NCBI GenBank assembly: GCA_965205265.1
Contig: CBDBGH010000003.1
Coordinates: forward strand, 192,001 to 256,000
DNA length: 64,000 bases
From: Alphaproteobacteria bacterium
GTDB taxonomy: Bacteria > Pseudomonadota > Alphaproteobacteria > Bin95
Reading direction: 5' to 3'
In this document: positions 38,973 through 48,509 of the stretch, one piece after another
Numbering within the stretch: the first letter of the stretch is position 1
Layout of the letters: each line of letters opens with the position of its first letter
Program-made: the position numbers and the translations under genes
The notes under the pieces: model-generated
What the model saw: the letters and a program-made list of their open reading frames with translations, nothing else
The model's database searches: none
Told to the model about the DNA's origin: nothing

Positions 38973-40217
38973 TCAGAACCTGTCCGGGCGGAAGGGCGCG
39001 AGGTCAACGCTCGGGGGCCGGCCAGCGGCAAGCTCGGCGATCAGCCTGCCCGTGATGCCGCCCATGGTGAGGCCCAGATGGTCGTGGCCGAAGGCGAACC
39101 AGGCGTTCGGGACGCGCGGCGAGCGGCCGATGACCGGCTTCGAATCCGGATGCGACGGGCGGGGGCCCACCCATTCCGTGACGCGCGCGCCCTTCAGGCC
39201 GGGAAACAGCGCCTCCCCGTGGCGGCGGACGCGCGCGGCGATGCGGGGGTCCGGCGGCGCTTCCGGGCGCGCGAACTCGGCGACGCCGCCGACGCGCACG
39301 CCGTCCGCCATCGGCGTCACCGCAAGATGCCGGTCCACCGAGATGATGCCGCCGTTCATAGAGACGTCCGTGTCGCGGAACATGGCGTGGTAGCCGCGCT
39401 CTGCCTCCAGCGGAACCTTCGCGCCGAGCATGGCCGCAAGCCGCCTGGACCAGACGCCGGCTGCCACGACGACATTCCCTGCCGGCATGTCGCCCGCGTC
39501 CGTCCTGAGCGCGCGCACGCCTTCCGGGCCGATGTCGAAGCCTTGCACCGTCCGCCTCTCCAGCCGGCCGCCGCGCCGCTCGAACAGCGAGGCCAATGCC
39601 TGCACCAGCCGGAGCGGGTCGAGCGTGTGCGAGAAGTCCTGGACGCGGTATGCGCGGACCACGGCGGGGCTGAGCGCGGGCTGGACCTGGCGGGCCTCAT
39701 CGCCGTCGAGCGGGTCCATCTCGACGCCATTGCGCCGGCGGAGATCGAAGGCCCAGGAGGCGGCCCGGAAGCTCTCCTCGCTCTCGAAGGTGAACATCAG
39801 CCCGGTGCGGCTCATCAGCTGCGTTGCGCCCGCTTCCGCGATCAGCGGATCGACCGCCTCGTGCACCTTGTCGAGCAGGCTCTGCCGGGCGGCGGCGTTC
39901 GCCTCGACCCGGTCCCGGCGGGCATTGGCGGCGAAGCGGAGAAACCAGGGCAAGGCCCTGACGGTGTGGCTCCAGCGGAGCTTCAGCGGCGCGTCCGCAT
40001 CCAGCAGCATGCCCGGCACCTTGCGCAGAAGGCCCGGCATCGCGGCCGGCGGGCAGGAGGCCACGCCGAAACCGCCGAGATTGCCGAAGGAGGCTTCCTC
40101 GCCCGGCCCGCCGCGGTCCACCAGGGCGACGTCGAACCCCTCGTTCTGGAGGTAAAGCGCACAGCAGGTGCCGACCATGCCGGCGCCCACCACGGCGAAG
40201 GATGGATTGTTGTCCAT
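38973..40217 (-). CDS. D-amino-acid dehydrogenase-like FAD oxidoreductase
   Basis: VVGAGMVG, ASFGN, ERGYH, WVGPRP and AFGHDHLGLT motifs. Confidence 0.88.
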   Translation of the reverse strand: MDNNPSFAVVGAGMVGTCCALYLQNEGFDVALVDRGGPGEEASFGNLGGFGVASCPPAAMPGLLRKVPGMLLDADAPLKLRWSHTVRALPWFLRFAANARRDRVEANAAARQSLLDKVHEAVDPLIAEAGATQLMSRTGLMFTFESEESFRAASWAFDLRRRNGVEMDPLDGDEARQVQPALSPAVVRAYRVQDFSHTLDPLRLVQALASLFERRGGRLERRTVQGFDIGPEGVRALRTDAGDMPAGNVVVAAGVWSRRLAAMLGAKVPLEAERGYHAMFRDTDVSMNGGIISVDRHLAVTPMADGVRVGGVAEFARPEAPPDPRIAARVRRHGEALFPGLKGARVTEWVGPRPSHPDSKPVIGRSPRVPNAWFAFGHDHLGLTMGGITGRLIAELAAGRPPSVDLAPFRPDRF

Positions 40218-40251
40218 GGGTTCCGGCTCTCCTGCCTGCCGGGAGCCGGCG

Positions 40252-41145
40252 TCAGGCCGCCAGCGGCCGCTCGCCGCGGATGAGCGTGCGGTGCAGCACG
40301 CGCGGCTGGGTCGGATCGACCTCCGTGCGGGCGTGGAGCGTGCAGCGATTGTCCCAGATCAGCACGTCGCCCGGCCGCCAGACATGGGTCCACACAATGT
40401 CGGGATGGGTCGCGGCCGCCCAGAGTTCGTCCAGCAGCGCCTCGCTTTCCGCTTCGGCCAGCTCCACGATATGGCTCGACGGCGCCTTGTAGCGGCGCCC
40501 GAGATAGAGCGCCGTGCGGCCGGTGACCGGGTGGCGGCGCAGGAGGGGGTGGACCGGGCCCGGCACCTCGCCGCGCGAGGCGGGCGCGGCCACGGTCGGG
40601 CGGAGGCCGCCGGCCGTGTTGCGCGAGGAATCGTGCCGGATCGTCAGGCCCGGAAGGCGGCTGCGGGTCGCTTCCGGCAGGCGTTCATAGGCGGCGTACT
40701 GGTTGGCGAAGGAGGTGTCGCCGCCGCCGTTCACCGGTACCTTGTGGGCATAGAGGATCGAGCCCTTGGGCGGCTGCTCGACATAGGAGTTGTCCGTGTG
40801 CCAGGTGAGCTCCTGGCTGCCCGTGCCGGCATGGCGCTTCGCCGGCTTGCCGGCCTCGTCGAGGTTCGAGACGATGGAGATGCCGGGCAGGCGGCTGACG
40901 CGCCCGGTCTCCACGCCGTAGCCGCCCTTGATGTAATAGGAGCGCGAGCCCGCCTCCTGCGCCCCGCCCATCGCTTCGGCCAGCGCCAGCAGGTCCTCGT
41001 CGGCGAGTTTCTGGCCGCGGAAGAGCAGCACCAGATGGTCCGACCAGGCCCGCTCCAGCGCCTCCGCGTCCAGCGGCCGCGACAGGTCCACGCCCCGGAC
41101 CTCGGCGCCGAGCGCATTCCCGCTCGGAACGATTTCGAACGCCAT
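40252..41145 (-). CDS. TauD/TfdA family Fe/2OG dioxygenase
   Basis: WHTDNSY, GGDTSF and WDNRCTLHAR motifs. Confidence 0.92.
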   Translation of the reverse strand: MAFEIVPSGNALGAEVRGVDLSRPLDAEALERAWSDHLVLLFRGQKLADEDLLALAEAMGGAQEAGSRSYYIKGGYGVETGRVSRLPGISIVSNLDEAGKPAKRHAGTGSQELTWHTDNSYVEQPPKGSILYAHKVPVNGGGDTSFANQYAAYERLPEATRSRLPGLTIRHDSSRNTAGGLRPTVAAPASRGEVPGPVHPLLRRHPVTGRTALYLGRRYKAPSSHIVELAEAESEALLDELWAAATHPDIVWTHVWRPGDVLIWDNRCTLHARTEVDPTQPRVLHRTLIRGERPLAA

Positions 41146-41256
41146 CGTCTTCCTCCCGCGCACGCGCCCCGCCAAGGCTACAGATGTTTCCGCCCCCGTA
41201 AAGCGGGAGGTCCGGCAGGCCGGGGCCTCGATATCCGGGTCGGACGGTTCGAATTA

Positions 41257-41280
41257 ATGTGTGTATATGCGCATATGTGT
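41257..41280. promoter_or_regulatory. Candidate RHH antitoxin operator
   Basis: ATATGCGCATAT palindrome flanked by TGTGT, upstream of the TA pair. Confidence 0.45.
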
Positions 41281-41306
41281 AGAAATATCGACCCGGGAGG
41301 TTGCGC

Positions 41307-41543
41307 ATGAGCCGATGGCATCTTTCGATTCCCGACAGGACGGATCGCGCCGTCCGCACCTTCCTCGCGCGCACGGGCGGCAGAAAGGGCGACCTGTCCC
41401 GGTTCGTCGATGACGCCGTCCGCCGCCGCCTCCTCGACCTCACGCTCGGCGACATCAAGGCGCGCAGTGCCGGATACGACCAGCAGGAGATCCTCGATCT
41501 GATCGGCGAGGAGGTCGAGGCGGCGCGTGCGGGTCGTTCTTGA
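41307..41543 (+). CDS. Ribbon-helix-helix antitoxin
   Basis: RWHLSI..TDRAVRTFLA..KGDLSRFVDDAVR; GGGAGG RBS; overlaps the PIN gene. Confidence 0.8.
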   Translation: MSRWHLSIPDRTDRAVRTFLARTGGRKGDLSRFVDDAVRRRLLDLTLGDIKARSAGYDQQEILDLIGEEVEAARAGRS

Positions 41544-41916
41544 CACCAACATCCTTGTCGGCGCCCTCATTACCCGCGGAACGCCGCCGGACCGGCTTTG
41601 CCAAGCGTGGCTGCGCGGCGAGATTGAACTCGTGATTTCCGCCGTGCAAGTCAGAGAGCTTGCCGCCGTTCTTGCCCGGCCCCGCCTGCGAAGGTTTGTC
41701 GATGACGACGAAGCGGCCGCCATCGTCGCCAACATCGGGGCGCGCGCCGTTATTCTGGAGGAAGTCCCCGAGGTCGATCTGTCTCCCGACCCCGACGACA
41801 ACCCGATCCTTGCGGCAGCGATTGCCGGAAGGGTCGATCTGGTCGTTTCCGGCGACAAGAAGCATGTGCTCGCGCTCGGTGAGGTCGCCGGGATTCCGAT
41901 AGTGACCGCCCGCTAG
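41527..41916 (+). CDS. PIN-domain toxin
   Basis: VVLDTNILV, DPDDNPIL and VSGDKKH motifs. Confidence 0.88.
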   Translation: MRVVLDTNILVGALITRGTPPDRLCQAWLRGEIELVISAVQVRELAAVLARPRLRRFVDDDEAAAIVANIGARAVILEEVPEVDLSPDPDDNPILAAAIAGRVDLVVSGDKKHVLALGEVAGIPIVTAR

Positions 41917-41961
41917 GCGCTGGAACGCCTGGCGCTCTCTTGACCATCGGACGCTACGACC

Positions 41962-43431
41962 TCACGACCGCCAGAAGCCGGGGGTGAAGAGGAGCAGGAC
42001 GCTCAGCACTTCGAGGCGGCCGAGGAGCATGCCGCAGATCAGCACCCATTTGGCCGGGTCGTTGAGCGAGGAGAAATTGCCGGTCGGGCCGATGGTCTCT
42101 CCCAGGCCGGGGCCGACATTCGAGATGGCCGTCGCGGCGCCGGAGACGGCCGTCTCCAGGTCGAGGCCGGCGATGCCGAGCGCCACGGTAATCACGGCGA
42201 AAGAGGCGATGAAGAGGAACACGAAGCTCGTCACCGAGGCAGCCACCGCCGCCGGGATCGGTTTGCCGGCGTAGTGGGGAACATAGACGCCGTGGGGGTG
42301 GAGCAGCCGGCCGATCTGCGCGCGGGCCTCGGCGAACAGGACCTGGAGGCGGAACACCTTGATGCCGCAGGTGGTCGAGCCGGCGCAGCCGCCTATGAAC
42401 ATCAGGCAGAAGAGCGCGGCCGGCGCGAAACCGCCCCATAGGGAAAAATCGGTCGTCACATAGCCGGTCCCGGTCATGTAGGAGGTGGCGTTGAAGGCCA
42501 CCTGCCGGAGCGCCTCGAACGGTTCCACGGAATTCACCAGCGCATGGGCCGCGGTGAGAACGGCGATCGAGACGCCCAATATGCCAAGGAAGGCCTGGAC
42601 CTGGCTGTCGGCCAGCAGCCGCCCCCGCCGTCCGCGCATGAGCTGGATATAGAGCACGAAGGGCAGCGAGCCCGCGATCATGCCCGCGACGACGATCCAT
42701 TCCACCGTCGGATTGGCGAACGCGCCGACGGAGCCGTCCATCGTCGAGAAACCGCCGGTCGCGATGGTCGTCATGGCGTGGATGACCGCATCGAACAGGC
42801 TGAGCCCGGCAAACGCCAGCGCGCCGACCAGCACGGCGGTCATGACCAGATAGATGACGCCGATATGGCCCGCAATCTGCGCGGCCCGCGGCAGCACCTT
42901 TTCGGACCGGTCGCTCGATTCGATCCGGAAAATCTGCATGCCACCCACCCTGAGCAGGGGAGAGACCGCGATCGCGGTCACGATGATGCCCATGCCGCCG
43001 AGCCACTGCAGCAGGGCCCGCCAGAGCAGGATGCCGGGAGCCATGCCGTCGAGGCCGGAGAGCACGGTCGAGCCCGTGGTCGTGATGCCCGAAACCGCCT
43101 CGAACATCGCATCCGTCACGCTCAGGTCGATATCCGAAAGCAGCAGCAGCGGCAGCGCCGCGAATGCCGCAAGCACCACCCAGCTCAACACCGCCATCAG
43201 GAAGGATTGCCTGAGGGTGAGATAGCGGTGCAGCTGCGAATTCGGCCTGACGGAGCGGCAGACGGCGACCAGAAGCCCGCCGACGAACAGGGTGATCGCC
43301 GCACCGATCAGGAAGACGGTCGATTCCGATTCGGCCCGGCCGTATTCGACTGCGGCCGGCAGCAGCATGGCTCCCGCCAGCATGACCAGAAGCCAGCCGA
43401 TGATGAAAAAGACCGGCCGGACGTCGATCAT
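41962..43431 (-). CDS. trkH: Trk potassium uptake membrane protein
   Basis: FEAVSGITTTGS, LQWLGGMG, ATGGFS, GGCAGST, NVGPG and MLLGRLE motifs. Confidence 0.95.
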   Translation of the reverse strand: MIDVRPVFFIIGWLLVMLAGAMLLPAAVEYGRAESESTVFLIGAAITLFVGGLLVAVCRSVRPNSQLHRYLTLRQSFLMAVLSWVVLAAFAALPLLLLSDIDLSVTDAMFEAVSGITTTGSTVLSGLDGMAPGILLWRALLQWLGGMGIIVTAIAVSPLLRVGGMQIFRIESSDRSEKVLPRAAQIAGHIGVIYLVMTAVLVGALAFAGLSLFDAVIHAMTTIATGGFSTMDGSVGAFANPTVEWIVVAGMIAGSLPFVLYIQLMRGRRGRLLADSQVQAFLGILGVSIAVLTAAHALVNSVEPFEALRQVAFNATSYMTGTGYVTTDFSLWGGFAPAALFCLMFIGGCAGSTTCGIKVFRLQVLFAEARAQIGRLLHPHGVYVPHYAGKPIPAAVAASVTSFVFLFIASFAVITVALGIAGLDLETAVSGAATAISNVGPGLGETIGPTGNFSSLNDPAKWVLICGMLLGRLEVLSVLLLFTPGFWRS

Positions 43432-43447
43432 GAAAGGGAGCCGCCGC

Positions 43448-43840
43448 TCAGTGGATCGACTCCGAGGACCAGGGGCTGTCGAGCGAGAAGGCCGGAATGT
43501 CTATCTCGAACCCTTCGCCGTCGTCGCGCACCATCTGGTAACGGCCGGTCATGAAGCCGGAGGCCGTCGGCAGCGGCGCGCCGCTGGAATAGGAGAAGCT
43601 CTCGCCCGGTTTCAGCACGGGCTGCTTGCCGACAACGCCGGGGCCGCGCACCTCCTCGGCGCGGCCGAGCGCATCGGTGATCCGCCAATAGCGCGAAACC
43701 AGTTGCACGGTGCAATCGCCTTCATTGGCGATCTCGATGTGATACGCCCAGAAATAGCGTTCCTCCGACGGATCGGAATGGTCCTCCAGATATTCCGGCC
43801 GTACGCGCACACGCACCCCGGCGGTCGTCTTCTCATACAT
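43448..43840 (-). CDS. apaG: ApaG protein
   Basis: VQLVSRYWRITD and GPGVVGKQP motifs. Confidence 0.95.
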   Translation of the reverse strand: MYEKTTAGVRVRVRPEYLEDHSDPSEERYFWAYHIEIANEGDCTVQLVSRYWRITDALGRAEEVRGPGVVGKQPVLKPGESFSYSSGAPLPTASGFMTGRYQMVRDDGEGFEIDIPAFSLDSPWSSESIH

Positions 43841-44047
43841 TTTACTGTGCTCCCGAAGCGCTATTTTCCGGCAAGAGCGAGGCCGAAAGCAAGCCCTGCG
43901 GGCCTTGCCGGCGACCCGCCGTCGCAGGAAAGCCGGCCTTTCGCAGAAGCCGGCGCTCGTCTATAGAGTGCGTTTCCGCCACCCGTCGCCGCCTGTATGT
44001 CCTCCGGTTCCGCGCTCCCGTTCCGTCCTGCCGCCGGTTAAGTCCGG

Positions 44048-45016
44048 ATGCGGGTTTTCAGGCAATTTTCCGGCCTGCCCGACGACGCGCGGGGCGCGGT
44101 CGCGGCGCTCGGCAATTTCGACGGCGTGCATGGCGGCCACCGCGCGGTGTTCGAAGCCTGCCGGAAGATCGCCGGCGAAACCCCGCTCGCCGCGGTCACG
44201 TTCGAGCCGCATCCGCGCAGCTATTTCCGCCCGGACGATCCGCCCTTCCGGCTGACTTCGCTGGAGGGCAAGATCTACCAGTTGGAGCCGCTCGGCCTCG
44301 ACCTGCTCTTCGTGCTGGAATTCGACGGGGCGATGGCGGCGCGCTCGCCCGGGTCCTTCGCCCGCGGTGTGCTGGCCGAAGGGCTGGGCGTTTCCCATGC
44401 CGTCGTGGGCGACGATTTCCGCTTCGGCAAGGGACGGACCGGAAGGCCGGAGGACCTGGCGGCATTGGGCCGGGACTGCGGCTTCGCCGTCACCGTCATG
44501 GCGGATGTGATTGCGCCGGACGGCATCGGGTTCTCCTCGACGCGGGTGCGCGAGCACCTGGCGGAAGGGTGCCCCGTCGAGGCCGCGCGCCTGCTGGGCC
44601 ATCCTTGGGAGATTGTGGGCCGGGTCGAGACCGGCAGGCGGCTCGGGCGGACCATCGGGTTTCCCACCGCCAATCTCGGCCTCGGCGACCTGCTGGAGCC
44701 GGCCCGCGGCGTCTATGCCGTCAGCGCCGGGTTGGAAGAGGGGGGCGGCTGGGTATGGCGGGACGCCGTCGCCAATCTCGGCGTCCGCCCGACCGTGGAC
44801 GGGGAGAGACTCGCCTTCGAGGTGCATCTCTTCGACTTCTCGGACGACATTTACGGCCGGATGCTCCGCGTGCGGATGCTGGACTTCATCCGCCCGGAGC
44901 GGCGCTTCGACGGCCTCGACGCGCTGAAGGCCCAGATCGCCGCCGATTGCGACACGGCGCGCAGGCTGTTGGCCGGCGCCGCCGCGGACCCCCTCAGAGC
45001 AGGTCGCGCAACATAG
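44048..45016 (+). CDS. ribF: Riboflavin kinase/FAD synthetase
   Basis: GNFDGVHGGH, TFEPHP, SSTRVR, GFPTAN and GVRPTV motifs. Confidence 0.96.
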   Translation: MRVFRQFSGLPDDARGAVAALGNFDGVHGGHRAVFEACRKIAGETPLAAVTFEPHPRSYFRPDDPPFRLTSLEGKIYQLEPLGLDLLFVLEFDGAMAARSPGSFARGVLAEGLGVSHAVVGDDFRFGKGRTGRPEDLAALGRDCGFAVTVMADVIAPDGIGFSSTRVREHLAEGCPVEAARLLGHPWEIVGRVETGRRLGRTIGFPTANLGLGDLLEPARGVYAVSAGLEEGGGWVWRDAVANLGVRPTVDGERLAFEVHLFDFSDDIYGRMLRVRMLDFIRPERRFDGLDALKAQIAADCDTARRLLAGAAADPLRAGRAT

Positions 45017-45395
45017 CCACCAGCGGCCGGTCCGCCGGCGGCATCGGCCAGTCGCGCATCTCGCGCGGGCGGACCCAGGCGAGGCGCTGGCCCTCTTTCG
45101 GCCGGGGCGCGCCCTGCCAGACGCGGCACACATAGAGCGGCATCAGCAGGTGGAAATCGGCATAGGCATGGCTCGCGAAAGTGAGCGGCGCCAGGCAGGA
45201 GGCGTCCGTGTCGATGTCGAGCTCTTCCTTGAGCTCGCGCAGAAGCGCCGCCTCGGGCGTCTCGCCGGGCGCGGGCTTGCCGCCGGGAAACTCCCAGAGC
45301 CCGGCCATCGCCTTGCCCTCGGGGCGCCGGGCCAGAAGAACGCGCCCGTCGCGGTCCACCAGGGCGGCGGCGACGACCAGCAGCACGCGGCTCAA
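44994..45395 (-). CDS. mutT: 8-oxo-dGTP diphosphatase (Nudix)
   Basis: AGLWEFPGGK..RELKEEL Nudix box; coupled to argJ. Confidence 0.92.
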   Translation of the reverse strand: MSRVLLVVAAALVDRDGRVLLARRPEGKAMAGLWEFPGGKPAPGETPEAALLRELKEELDIDTDASCLAPLTFASHAYADFHLLMPLYVCRVWQGAPRPKEGQRLAWVRPREMRDWPMPPADRPLVAMLRDLL

Positions 45396-46615
45396 GAGCG
45401 GTAGGACCCGTTGATGTCGATATAGCCGTGGGTCAGGTCGCAGGTCCACACGGTAGCCTTGCCGCGGCCGACGCCGACATCGACCGCTATGGCAATGTCC
45501 TGCCGCCGCATGTGCTGGGCGACGGGCGTCTCGTCGTAGCCCGGCACCACCTGGCCGCCGCGGGTGATCTCCACCCCGCCGATGGCGATGCGCAGCGCGT
45601 CCCGGTCCGCCTTCTCGCCGGCCTTGCCGACCGCCATCACGATCCGGCCCCAATTAGCGTCCTCGCCGGCAATGGCGGTCTTCACCAGCGGCGAGTTGGC
45701 GATGGCGAGGCCGATGCGCTTCGCGGCGCGGGCCGACGCCGCCCCGGTGACGGCGATCTCAATGAATTTGGAAGCCCCCTCGCCGTCGCGGACGATCTGG
45801 TGCGCAAGGTCGCGGCAGACCGCCTCCAGCGCCCGGGCGAAGCCGCGCAGCATGGCGGCGTCTGGCTCCGGATTGCCGGCCGCGCCGGTTGCGGCGACCA
45901 GCACCGTGTCGCTGGTCGAGGTGTCGCTGTCCACGGTGATGGCGTTGAAGCTGCGCTCGACGGCACGGCTCGTGAGCCTTTGCAGCAGGGCCGGCGGCAC
46001 CGCCGCATCGGTGAAGACATAGGCGAGCATGGTCGCCATGTCGGGCGCGATCATGCCGGACCCCTTGGCGATGCCGGCAATCGTCACCCTGCTGCCGCCG
46101 ATCCTCGCGGTCGCCGAGGCGCCCTTGGGGAAGGTGTCCGTGGTCATGATGGCGCGCGCGGCACCTTCCCATGCGCCGGATGAAAGCGACCGGGCCAGCC
46201 CCGGCAGCTTCTCGACGATGGTGCTCTCGGCCGGCAGCGGCTCGCCGATCACGCCCGTCGAGGAGACGAAGACCTCCCCTTCGGCGCATCCGAGCCCATG
46301 CGCCGCCGCCGCCACCGTATGCTCCACCGCGGCCGTGCCAAGCTGGCCTGTAAACGCGTTGGCATTGCCCGAATTCACGACGATGGCCCGCGCCCGCCCG
46401 CCGGCCAGAGCCTCGCGGCACCACTCGACCGGCGCCGAGGCGGTGAGCGAGCGGGTCAGCGCGCCGGCGATCGCCGAGCCGGGCGCAAGCTCGACCAGCA
46501 GCAGGTCGTCCCGGCCCTTGTAGCGGATGCCGGCCTCGACGGTGGCCGTGCGGACGCCGCCGATCGCCGGGATGTCGGGGAAGCGCCCGGGCGCCAGGGG
46601 AGAAACCGTGTTCAT
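45392..46615 (-). CDS. argJ: Bifunctional ornithine acetyltransferase
   Basis: NSGNANA, MTTDT, KGSGMIAPDMATML, TSTSD and WTCDLT motifs. Confidence 0.97.
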   Translation of the reverse strand: MNTVSPLAPGRFPDIPAIGGVRTATVEAGIRYKGRDDLLLVELAPGSAIAGALTRSLTASAPVEWCREALAGGRARAIVVNSGNANAFTGQLGTAAVEHTVAAAAHGLGCAEGEVFVSSTGVIGEPLPAESTIVEKLPGLARSLSSGAWEGAARAIMTTDTFPKGASATARIGGSRVTIAGIAKGSGMIAPDMATMLAYVFTDAAVPPALLQRLTSRAVERSFNAITVDSDTSTSDTVLVAATGAAGNPEPDAAMLRGFARALEAVCRDLAHQIVRDGEGASKFIEIAVTGAASARAAKRIGLAIANSPLVKTAIAGEDANWGRIVMAVGKAGEKADRDALRIAIGGVEITRGGQVVPGYDETPVAQHMRRQDIAIAVDVGVGRGKATVWTCDLTHGYIDINGSYRS

Positions 46616-47427
46616 TGGGATTCCGCCGTTCCGTCGGCATTGAGGAGTTCGATCCGGGCGCCGGCGCGCAGCTCGTCCAGATGCTTCTGGAGGATCTGCT
46701 CGCTGAGCTGGCGCGCGAGCGGGCCCCGCACCTGGGTGAAGTCCGGCGCCGGCGGGTATTCCTTGCTGTGCAGCAGGATGACATGCCAGCCGAATTGGGT
46801 CTTGACCGGCTCCCCGGTGTAGGAACCCGGCTCAAGCGCCAGCGCCGCCTTCTCGAAGGCCGGTACCATGCGGCCCTTGGGGAACGAGCCGAGGTCGCCG
46901 CCGCGCGACTTGGTGGGGCCGATGGAGTGCTGCTCGGCCAGCGCCGCGAAATCGCCGCCCTTGTCGAGCTCGGCGATGACGGCGTGCGCGGCGGCCTCGT
47001 CCGCGACCAGGATATGGCTCGCATGGATCTCCAGCGTGCCTTTCCCGTCCGGATAGTTTTCCTTGTAAAGCGCCCTGATCCGGGCGTCGTCGATGCGTTC
47101 CTGCAGGTAGCTGAGCATGTAGTACTGGGTCAGCAGCGTGCGGCGCTGCTGGGCGAGCTGGCGCTGGAAGTCCGGCCGCCGGTCGAAGCCTGCGGCTTCG
47201 GCGGCGCCGTAAATCAGCAGGCTTTCGACCACGCGCTGGCGGGCCGTGCGGCGGATGAGGGAGGGCGGCGCGCCCTGCATGGTCGGCGCGATCTCCGCCG
47301 CCTGCCGGTCAACGTCCGACTGGTAAACCGGCTCACCGTCCACCTTGGCGACCACCGGGTCGCCGGCCTGGGCAAGTGCGAGCGCCGGGGCCAGGACGGC
47401 CGCAAGCGCGAAGAGGAAGAGACGCAT
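46612..47427 (-). CDS. PpiC-type peptidylprolyl isomerase
   Basis: HASHILV, GGDLG, MVPAFE and VKTQFGWHVI motifs; signal peptide. Confidence 0.92.
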   Translation of the reverse strand: MRLFLFALAAVLAPALALAQAGDPVVAKVDGEPVYQSDVDRQAAEIAPTMQGAPPSLIRRTARQRVVESLLIYGAAEAAGFDRRPDFQRQLAQQRRTLLTQYYMLSYLQERIDDARIRALYKENYPDGKGTLEIHASHILVADEAAAHAVIAELDKGGDFAALAEQHSIGPTKSRGGDLGSFPKGRMVPAFEKAALALEPGSYTGEPVKTQFGWHVILLHSKEYPPAPDFTQVRGPLARQLSEQILQKHLDELRAGARIELLNADGTAESQ

Positions 47428-47604
47428 GGGGCGAGCGGCCTTTGTTTCCGGGCGGATGCAGGATTGCCGCCAGAATGGACACCGGGCGCATCGAGGTCAA
47501 CGCCCTCCGCCGGCGATTGCCAATGCCCGAATTTGCGGGTTAGGCTCGCGCGGCTTCCGGCGCGGCCGGGAGCTTGGAGCCTGAAGGCAGGGGAGGCGGG
47601 CGCC

Positions 47605-48489
47605 ATGACGCTTACGCAGCAACAGGTCGAGCGTTTCTGGGAGACGGGCTATCTCGTGCTGCCGGGCGCCTTGCCGGCGGACCTTCTGGCGGAGCTGCAA
47701 CGGGAGGCGGACCTTGCGACCGAGGGCGCGCGCGGCCTGGAAGCGTCGGACGCGCGCTACGACCTGGAGGACAGCCACCGGGCGCATGCGCCGCGCGTGC
47801 GGCGGCTGAAGACGCCGTTCGAGCACTGGCCGTTCTTCGACCGGCTGATGCGCTCGGCCGCGGTGCTGGATGCGGTCGAGCCGTTGCTCGGCCCCGATAT
47901 CCGCATCCACAACAGCAAGCTCAACATGAAATCCGCGCATTTCGGCGCGGCGGTGGAGTGGCACCAGGACTGGGCCTTCTACCCCCATACCAACGACACG
48001 GGGCTCGCGCTCGGCATATATCTGGACGATGTCGACGGGGACAACGGCCCGATGATGGCCGTGCCGGGCTCGCACCGCGGCCCCGTCTTCGACCATCACA
48101 GCGCCGGCGCCTTCTGCGGCGGCATCGATCCCGGACTCCACGATGTCGGCCATGAGCGCGCGGCGGAGATGACCGGGCCCGCCGGCACCTTCACCCTGCA
48201 CCATGTGCGCGCCGTCCACGGCTCGGCGCTCAACCGCTCGGACCGCCCGCGCCGCCTCCTGCTCTACAGCTATTTCGCTGCCGACGCCTGGCCGCTGATG
48301 GGTCTGGAAGGCGCGACCCTGGAAGAGTTCGACAAGCGCATCTGCCGGGGCAAACCCACGCTGGAGCCGCGCCTCGAGCCGCTGCCGGTCCGCATGCCGC
48401 TGCCGGTCGCGCCGAAGCAGGGCTCGATCTACGAGAACCAGAAGACGCTTTCGGGCCGGTTCTTCGAGCAATTCGAGGAAGTCGCCTGA
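47605..48489 (+). CDS. Phytanoyl-CoA dioxygenase family protein
   Basis: KLNMK, WHQDW, VPGSH and VHGSALN motifs. Confidence 0.88.
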   Translation: MTLTQQQVERFWETGYLVLPGALPADLLAELQREADLATEGARGLEASDARYDLEDSHRAHAPRVRRLKTPFEHWPFFDRLMRSAAVLDAVEPLLGPDIRIHNSKLNMKSAHFGAAVEWHQDWAFYPHTNDTGLALGIYLDDVDGDNGPMMAVPGSHRGPVFDHHSAGAFCGGIDPGLHDVGHERAAEMTGPAGTFTLHHVRAVHGSALNRSDRPRRLLLYSYFAADAWPLMGLEGATLEEFDKRICRGKPTLEPRLEPLPVRMPLPVAPKQGSIYENQKTLSGRFFEQFEEVA

Positions 48490-48509
48490 GACGGACGGGA
48501 GACGCGCCG

